This document shows, piece after piece, positions 23,782 through 29,205 of a stretch of 29,205 nt of DNA (its first letter is position 1; each line of letters begins with the position of its first letter). The notes beneath the pieces were generated by a model. The model was not told the DNA's origin and made no database searches. It saw only the letters and a program-made list of their open reading frames with translations. The position numbers were made by a program, and so were the translations under genes. The stretch is from a virus (Duplodnaviria > Caudoviricetes): positions 1 to 29,205 of the IMG/VR virus record IMGVR_UViG_3300011339_000319; one strand, written 5' to 3'.

Positions 23782-25085
23782 TCCTGCCATATAGCCCGCG
23801 GGTCGCATTTATGCCGTTCCATGAGCGCACGACCCGCTGGTCATGTTTGGTTGCACATCGAAGGGCCGGTAAGACCGTGGCGGCAATCAACGATGTGATT
23901 AAGCGGGCGATCACAGAAGGCAACCGCAGCGCACAGTATGCTTACATTGCCCCTTTTCGCAGCCAGGCCAAGCGGGTGGCATGGGACTACCTTAAGCATT
24001 ACGCTGCGCCAATCACCAAAAACACAAACGAAGCCGATTTAATGGTGGAACTGATCAACGGCGCAAAGATCATGCTGTTTGGCTCAGACAACGCTGACGC
24101 TATGCGTGGCCTGGGTTTTAATGGCGTATACCTTGACGAATACGGCGATTTCAAGCCTAGCGTGTGGGGTAATGTGATCCGGCCTACGCTGTCTGACCGG
24201 TTGGGTTGGGCAGTCTTTGGAGGCACACCTAAGGGTAAAAACCAGTTCCACGACATCTACAAGGTTAGCCAAAACACGCCGGACTGGTTTCTGTTGCGGC
24301 TGCCAGCGACTTTAAGCAAAATCCTGCCTGATTCCGAATTGGAAGCGGCACGGGCACAGTTGAGCCAAGACCAATACGACCAAGAATACGAATGCAGCTT
24401 TGATGCGGCAATCATGGGCGCTTTCTATGGGCAAGAAATGCGCTTGGCGCAGGACGAAGGCCGGATAAGGGAATTGCCATTTGATGTCGACGCGCCGGTC
24501 TATACCGCATGGGATTTAGGTTACCGCGATGACACGGCAATATGGTTTTATCAGGTGGTGCGCGGCGAGATTAGGGTCATGGACTACTACGCCGTCAGCG
24601 GCGCAGGCATTGAGGACATAGCCCAAGTGGTCACCGATAAAGGCTACCGGTACACAAAGCACTACCTACCGCATGACGCACGGGCAAAGACGCTGGCATC
24701 GGGCGGCAAATCCATCGTGGAACAGCTTGCGGCGCACCTTGGCGGCATGAGTAAGCTGGCAATCGTGCCTGAGATTGGCATCCAAGACGGCATCCAGGCG
24801 GTCAGGATGGTGCTGCCACGGTGCTATTTCGACCCAAGCTGTGAGGATGGGCTAGAGGCGTTGCGCCAATATCAGCGGGAATACGACGAGGACAAGAAGG
24901 CATTTCGACAAAATCCCCGCCATGACTGGTGTTCACACCCAGCGGATGCCTTTAGAATGCTTGCAGTCGCCTACAGGCAAGAGGCTAGAGATCAAACGCC
25001 GCCCAAGGGCAAGACCCTGCAAACCATCACATTGGATGAGTTGTGGGAATATGACACGCAACAACATCGTGGAGAACGCATATGA
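23763..25085 (+). CDS. terL: Terminase large subunit
   Basis: Walker A AHRRAGKT, Walker B VYLDE, GTPKG, nuclease AWDLG and HPADAFR. Confidence 0.95.
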   Translation: MGSREIILPYSPRVAFMPFHERTTRWSCLVAHRRAGKTVAAINDVIKRAITEGNRSAQYAYIAPFRSQAKRVAWDYLKHYAAPITKNTNEADLMVELINGAKIMLFGSDNADAMRGLGFNGVYLDEYGDFKPSVWGNVIRPTLSDRLGWAVFGGTPKGKNQFHDIYKVSQNTPDWFLLRLPATLSKILPDSELEAARAQLSQDQYDQEYECSFDAAIMGAFYGQEMRLAQDEGRIRELPFDVDAPVYTAWDLGYRDDTAIWFYQVVRGEIRVMDYYAVSGAGIEDIAQVVTDKGYRYTKHYLPHDARAKTLASGGKSIVEQLAAHLGGMSKLAIVPEIGIQDGIQAVRMVLPRCYFDPSCEDGLEALRQYQREYDEDKKAFRQNPRHDWCSHPADAFRMLAVAYRQEARDQTPPKGKTLQTITLDELWEYDTQQHRGERI

Positions 25086-25360
25086 GCCAACCTGTAGCAG
25101 AAGTCGGTGGATACAAAAACATCACAGCAACCGGCGCAGTAACGCCTGGCCCGTGCCAACTGATTGGCTTTTACGTCAACAACACAACCAGCGGCACTTT
25201 GGTGTTACGCAATGGCGGCTCCGGCGGCGAAGTAATGTCGGGCACAATTACACCCGCCATTGGGTTTCACCGATTCCCCGCCAATGTGGGCGTAAGCCTC
25301 TACGCTACGATTGGTGGCAGCGCATTGGACGTAACATTCTTCTTTGCTGCGGGTAGCTAA
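25082..25360 (+). CDS. Small beta-rich hypothetical (possibly virion) protein
   Basis: 92 aa, coupled between TerL and portal; GGAG upstream. Confidence 0.65.
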   Translation: MSQPVAEVGGYKNITATGAVTPGPCQLIGFYVNNTTSGTLVLRNGGSGGEVMSGTITPAIGFHRFPANVGVSLYATIGGSALDVTFFFAAGS

Positions 25361-27678
25361 TGGCTTATCAAGAAATGGGTGCATACGAGGGCGATGACCC
25401 TGGCCCGTACTGGCACGACCAAATAGAGGCCGCGCAAAAGGTCTTTGAAAAGTGGGAAAAGCGCGGTCATAAGATCATTAAGCGCTATCGTGATGAGCGC
25501 GATGCGGTAGAGATGCCCAGGGTGCGTTACAACATCCTGTGGTCAAACATCCAAGTGCTGTTTCCTGCGCTGTACGGCAGGCAGGCCAAGCCCGAAGTTT
25601 CCCGCCGTTACATGGATCAAGACCCTGTAGGTCGGCTGGCATCCACGATGCTTGAACGGGTCATGGAGTACGAAACCCTCCAATTTGGCGACTTTGACCA
25701 AGCCATGCGCGGCGTGGTGGAAGACCGATTGCTGCCTGGGCGCGGCACGGCATGGATTCGTTATGAGCCGGTAATTGTCAATGAACAGCCCGAAGTAAGC
25801 GAGGCCGCTGTTGATGTAGAAGAGCCAGGCGAGGCTCAGATTTACAACAGCCAAGAAGAGCCGACAGAGCGCATTGATGCGGCGCACAGCCCAATTGATT
25901 ACGTCTATTGGACAGACTTTTTGCATAGCCCAGCCCGCACATGGGACGAAGTTTGGTGGGTGGCCCGCGCCGTCTACATGACCAAAGACGAAGGCATTGA
26001 GCGTTTTGGCGATGTGTTTAAGAACGTGGGCCTAGACAGCAGCAACACGGACATGGATGCTAAAAATCCAATGACCGCCCGCAACACCTACGACAAAAAA
26101 GCCAAGGTGTTTGAGATTTGGAACAAGCGCACCGGTAAGGTTTGCTGGGTTGCCAAAGGTTATCCACAGGCGCTAGATGAGCGCGATGACCCGCTGGAAC
26201 TGGAAGAATTCTTCCCCTGCCCGCGCCCGCTAATGGCAACCACAACCACAGGGACAATGATCCCCGTGCCGGACTATGCTGAGTACGAAGATCAAGCGCA
26301 GGAACTGGACAACCTGACCCAACGCATCTACTTGCTGACCAAAGCCTGTAAAGCGGTCGGCGTGTTCAATGCCGAATTCAAGGAATTGGGCCGGTTGTTC
26401 ACCGAAGGCGTGGATAACAAGCTGTTCCCTGTGACCTCATGGGCGGCAATGTCGGAAAAGGGCGGCTTAAAAGGCGCTATCGACATGATGGACACATCAA
26501 CCATTATTGTCACCTTACGGGAACTGTATTCCGCACGGGAACAAGTCAAGCAGGCCATTTACGAAATCATGGGCATTTCGGACATCCTGCGCGGTGCATC
26601 CAAAGCCCAAGAAACCCTTGGCGCACAACAGCTAAAGGCAAACTTTGGCAGCTTGCGGATGCGTAGCAGCCAAGGCGATGTGGCGCGATTTGCGTCTGAC
26701 ATCTTTAAGCTAAAAGCGCAAGTAATCTGCAAGTTTTACCCGCCTGAGTTGATTGTGCAAATGTCCGGCGTGATGGACACACCCGATGGGCAAAACCCAC
26801 AATTGCTGCAAGCCGCCGTGCAGATGCTGTCCAACAGCACCATCCGCGACTTTCACATTGCGGTTGAGGCCGACAGCTTGGCGCAGATTGATGAACAAGC
26901 AGAGAAACAAGGCGCACAAGAGGCCATCCAAGCCATTGGACTGTTTTTGCGTGAGGCAATCCCCATGATTTCCCAAGCGCCCGAAACCTTGCCGATGGCA
27001 TCCGAGATGCTGCTGTTCTTGGTGCGCCGGTTCCGCGCCGGTCGCGGGCTGGAAAGCGCAGTTGAACGTGCCATGAAAGCCTTGGAAGAAAAAGCGGCAA
27101 TGGCTAAACAACAGCAGCCTGGCCCATCACCGGAAATGCTGCAATTGCAATCTGACCAACAAGCAGAACAGATGAAGATGCAAGCGCAAGCGCAAACCGA
27201 GCAAATGAAAATGCAGGCGCAGGCCCAAATTGAACAAGGCAAGGCACAGCTTGAAATGCAGATGCACCAGGCGAAGATGCAAGCCGAAATGCAATTGGCG
27301 CAGATGAAAGCTGATTTTGAAACCGTCAAGCAAAACAACGAATTGCAGATAAAAGCCCGTGAAATGGCTGGTAAGGAAGAATATGAACGATGGAAAGCCG
27401 AATTGGATGCAGCGACCAAAATCATGGTGGCTCGCATTGGTAGCAACCCTGGCGTCGACCTACCGGTCGTTGAAGCAGCGGCTGCACAAATAACCAACGA
27501 ACTGGGCGCACCAATCATGCAAGTCATGGACAAAATGGCCTTGATGCATGACCAAATGGCAAATATGCACGGCGAAACCATGCAGAACATTGGCGCTGCC
27601 ATGCAAAAATTGAACGCGCCCAAGCGGGTCATTCGCGGCCCTGATGGAATGGTGGTCGGCGTGGAGGCCGTCCAATGA
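25360..27678 (+). CDS. Portal protein (P22-like) with Gln/Met-rich C-terminal barrel
   Basis: 772 aa after TerL; YNILWSNIQ.L.PALY...PEV.RR, FFPCPRP, IYEIMGISDI.RG; QMKMQAQAQ repeats. Confidence 0.88.
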   Translation: MAYQEMGAYEGDDPGPYWHDQIEAAQKVFEKWEKRGHKIIKRYRDERDAVEMPRVRYNILWSNIQVLFPALYGRQAKPEVSRRYMDQDPVGRLASTMLERVMEYETLQFGDFDQAMRGVVEDRLLPGRGTAWIRYEPVIVNEQPEVSEAAVDVEEPGEAQIYNSQEEPTERIDAAHSPIDYVYWTDFLHSPARTWDEVWWVARAVYMTKDEGIERFGDVFKNVGLDSSNTDMDAKNPMTARNTYDKKAKVFEIWNKRTGKVCWVAKGYPQALDERDDPLELEEFFPCPRPLMATTTTGTMIPVPDYAEYEDQAQELDNLTQRIYLLTKACKAVGVFNAEFKELGRLFTEGVDNKLFPVTSWAAMSEKGGLKGAIDMMDTSTIIVTLRELYSAREQVKQAIYEIMGISDILRGASKAQETLGAQQLKANFGSLRMRSSQGDVARFASDIFKLKAQVICKFYPPELIVQMSGVMDTPDGQNPQLLQAAVQMLSNSTIRDFHIAVEADSLAQIDEQAEKQGAQEAIQAIGLFLREAIPMISQAPETLPMASEMLLFLVRRFRAGRGLESAVERAMKALEEKAAMAKQQQPGPSPEMLQLQSDQQAEQMKMQAQAQTEQMKMQAQAQIEQGKAQLEMQMHQAKMQAEMQLAQMKADFETVKQNNELQIKAREMAGKEEYERWKAELDAATKIMVARIGSNPGVDLPVVEAAAAQITNELGAPIMQVMDKMALMHDQMANMHGETMQNIGAAMQKLNAPKRVIRGPDGMVVGVEAVQ

Positions 27679-28388
27679 GTCTTGTTCTCGCGGATCGGGT
27701 CAGACAGACATCCACGACAACGGGATCGGGCACATTTACGCTAGACGGGTCGGTCACCGGCTTTCAGTCATTCACCGCAGTAGGCGATGGGAACACGACC
27801 TATTACACAATCACGCTGGATGCCCAATGGGAAGTTGGCATTGGGACGTATTCAGCAGGCACATTGACCCGCGACACGGTGATTTCGTCTAGCACCGGCA
27901 GCAAAATTGCATTTGCGGCAGGCACAAAAGATGTGTTTGTGACTTTGCCGTCCCAAAAGGCGGTCACTGTCGGTACTGATGCAACACTGACCAAGCTAAC
28001 AACGCCAACGGTGCAAGCCACCAATTCGGGCGGTTTGTCGCTGAAAAACTCTGCTGGCACAACTCAGATCAGCATGGGCGCTGGCGGCGGCGACAACATA
28101 TCGGTCAATGTTTCGACCAACATGAACGGGTCAAACGCGCAGATTGACATCAGCCCGATTGGTACAGGCCATGTTCACATGAAGCCTAGCGGCATGGGGT
28201 CAATTGAAGTTGCCCCGACCAATGTGGGAACAATGGACAACATGACCATTGGCGCAACCACAGCCCGAAATGGCACGTTTTTAAACATTGCCGCCACAAC
28301 CGGCACAGTTTCCACAGCACCGTCAGCCGGTACAGACATTGTGAACAAGACCTATGCCGATGGGCTTGCCGCTGTATGGGGCGCATAA
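27675..28388 (+). CDS. Thr/Gly-rich virion structural / short fibre-like protein
   Basis: MSLVLADRVRQTSTTTGSGT...WEVGIGTY...LTRDTV.SSS...GTKDVFVT. Confidence 0.7.
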   Translation: MSLVLADRVRQTSTTTGSGTFTLDGSVTGFQSFTAVGDGNTTYYTITLDAQWEVGIGTYSAGTLTRDTVISSSTGSKIAFAAGTKDVFVTLPSQKAVTVGTDATLTKLTTPTVQATNSGGLSLKNSAGTTQISMGAGGGDNISVNVSTNMNGSNAQIDISPIGTGHVHMKPSGMGSIEVAPTNVGTMDNMTIGATTARNGTFLNIAATTGTVSTAPSAGTDIVNKTYADGLAAVWGA

Positions 28389-28751
28389 ATGTTTGGCTTT
28401 TCAGCCTTTGCCGCACTTCCATTTAGCGCCGTTTACGAAATTGCGCCGCCGCCACCGGCAGAAATCCCATTAGGTGGGCACTTTGGGTTTGATGAGAAAA
28501 AGCGCGGCGAACAATGGGACGCTGACCGGAAGACTGAAGGACAGCGCAAGCTAAAACTGCGCGAAGCCCTGTTTGGCCTACCGCCAGCAGAGCGCGAAGA
28601 AATAACCAGCGCACCAATCCAAGCCATTGAGATTGCCGCCCATGACCCGATTGACTACGCTGCTATGATGGAAAAAGTAAGGCAGCTTGAATTTCGGATA
28701 AGATTGCGGCGTGATGACGAAGAAATCGCACAACTACTGGAAATGCTATGA
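28389..28751 (+). CDS. Hypothetical protein (MFGFSAFAALPFSA N-terminus)
   Basis: 120 aa, abuts upstream stop, ATGA overlap downstream. Confidence 0.65.
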   Translation: MFGFSAFAALPFSAVYEIAPPPPAEIPLGGHFGFDEKKRGEQWDADRKTEGQRKLKLREALFGLPPAEREEITSAPIQAIEIAAHDPIDYAAMMEKVRQLEFRIRLRRDDEEIAQLLEML

Positions 28752-29170
28752 AAGAAACATGGGTTTTCCCGTCTGACGGCTCCGAGCCTTATGAGCGAAA
28801 CAAAGGGCCGACCGCCGACCGCATGATGATTTTTGGCGACATTGAGCCTTTTCGGTCGCCGGATGGACAGATGATCATGGGCCGCGCACAATGGCGCGAA
28901 CATTTGAAGGCCACCGATTCCATCGAGATGGGCCATTCGGATGTCAAATACGCCCAAGCGCAGTGGGCAAAGAAAAAAGAAGCCCACACCGCCCGTTTGC
29001 GTGGACAAGTGGCGCGGGTGCAAGAGTTTGACCGCCCAGGCGCACCCATTGCGCCGACTCAGCGCAGCAACTTGAACGTGGAGATGGCAAATCGGCTGCA
29101 CAACCGACCGCCGCCCGAGCGTAAGGAAATGATCAAAATGACCCTCGACCAAATGAAAAGGATGAAATGA
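28748..29170 (+). CDS. Conserved phage hypothetical protein
   Basis: DIEPFRSPDG..I.GR.QWREHLK...IEMG. Confidence 0.7.
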   Translation: MKETWVFPSDGSEPYERNKGPTADRMMIFGDIEPFRSPDGQMIMGRAQWREHLKATDSIEMGHSDVKYAQAQWAKKKEAHTARLRGQVARVQEFDRPGAPIAPTQRSNLNVEMANRLHNRPPPERKEMIKMTLDQMKRMK

Positions 29171-29205
29171 TGGAAAACGAAGTTGTCGCACCCGACACGA
29201 CCGAA
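29167..29205 (+). CDS. Start of next gene, possibly scaffold protein (truncated)
   Basis: AAGGA then ATGA overlap; MMENEVVAPDTTE is acidic; position-based guess only. Confidence 0.35.
   Translation, partial: MMENEVVAPDTTE

Noticed and set aside
27165-27310. Gln/Met-rich repeats as a novel repeat element
   Set aside because: Consistent with the coiled-coil barrel known in P22-like portals
26853-27632. 259-aa minus-strand ORF and other long antisense ORFs (e.g. 1257-1991, 9676-10149)
   Set aside because: Shadows of well-supported plus-strand genes; low-complexity translation and no RBS or operon context
1-29205. Prophage boundaries, alternative genetic code, or introns/inteins
   Set aside because: No host genes, integrase or att site seen; genes tile tightly under the standard code; TerL and portal are uninterrupted

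Overview
The window is most of the genome of a tailed dsDNA phage with a P22-like podovirus virion module. It is probably circularly permuted, with scaffold and major capsid genes lying just outside the window. Layout: (1-13042, +) late genes: Maf/DUF115-like fragment, head-tail adaptor, gp10-like nozzle, GNAT, ejection proteins, tail fibre and a lysis cassette ending in an M15 endolysin; (13035-17555, -) early operon of small accessory genes with ERF recombinase and a mini SSB-like protein; (17556-17699) divergent control region with three palindromic operators; (17700-20950, +) cro, a DUF1376 initiator with internal iterons, P-like loader, nuclease, PAPS-reductase-like protein and NinB; (20951-29205, +) a structured non-coding leader, then ferritin-like protein, glycosyltransferase, ParB-MTase, TerS, TerL and portal. 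No integrase, CI, N or Q gene is recognisable. The most notable signals are two structured RNA regions (one with tRNA-like topology and a kissing loop), a Cro-only switch with an extra palindrome, two different glycosyltransferase-like genes in the late operon, repeat-bounded accessory cassettes, and apparent avoidance of CTGCAG. All family assignments come from motif recognition, not database searches. A betaproteobacterial-type host is only an impression.
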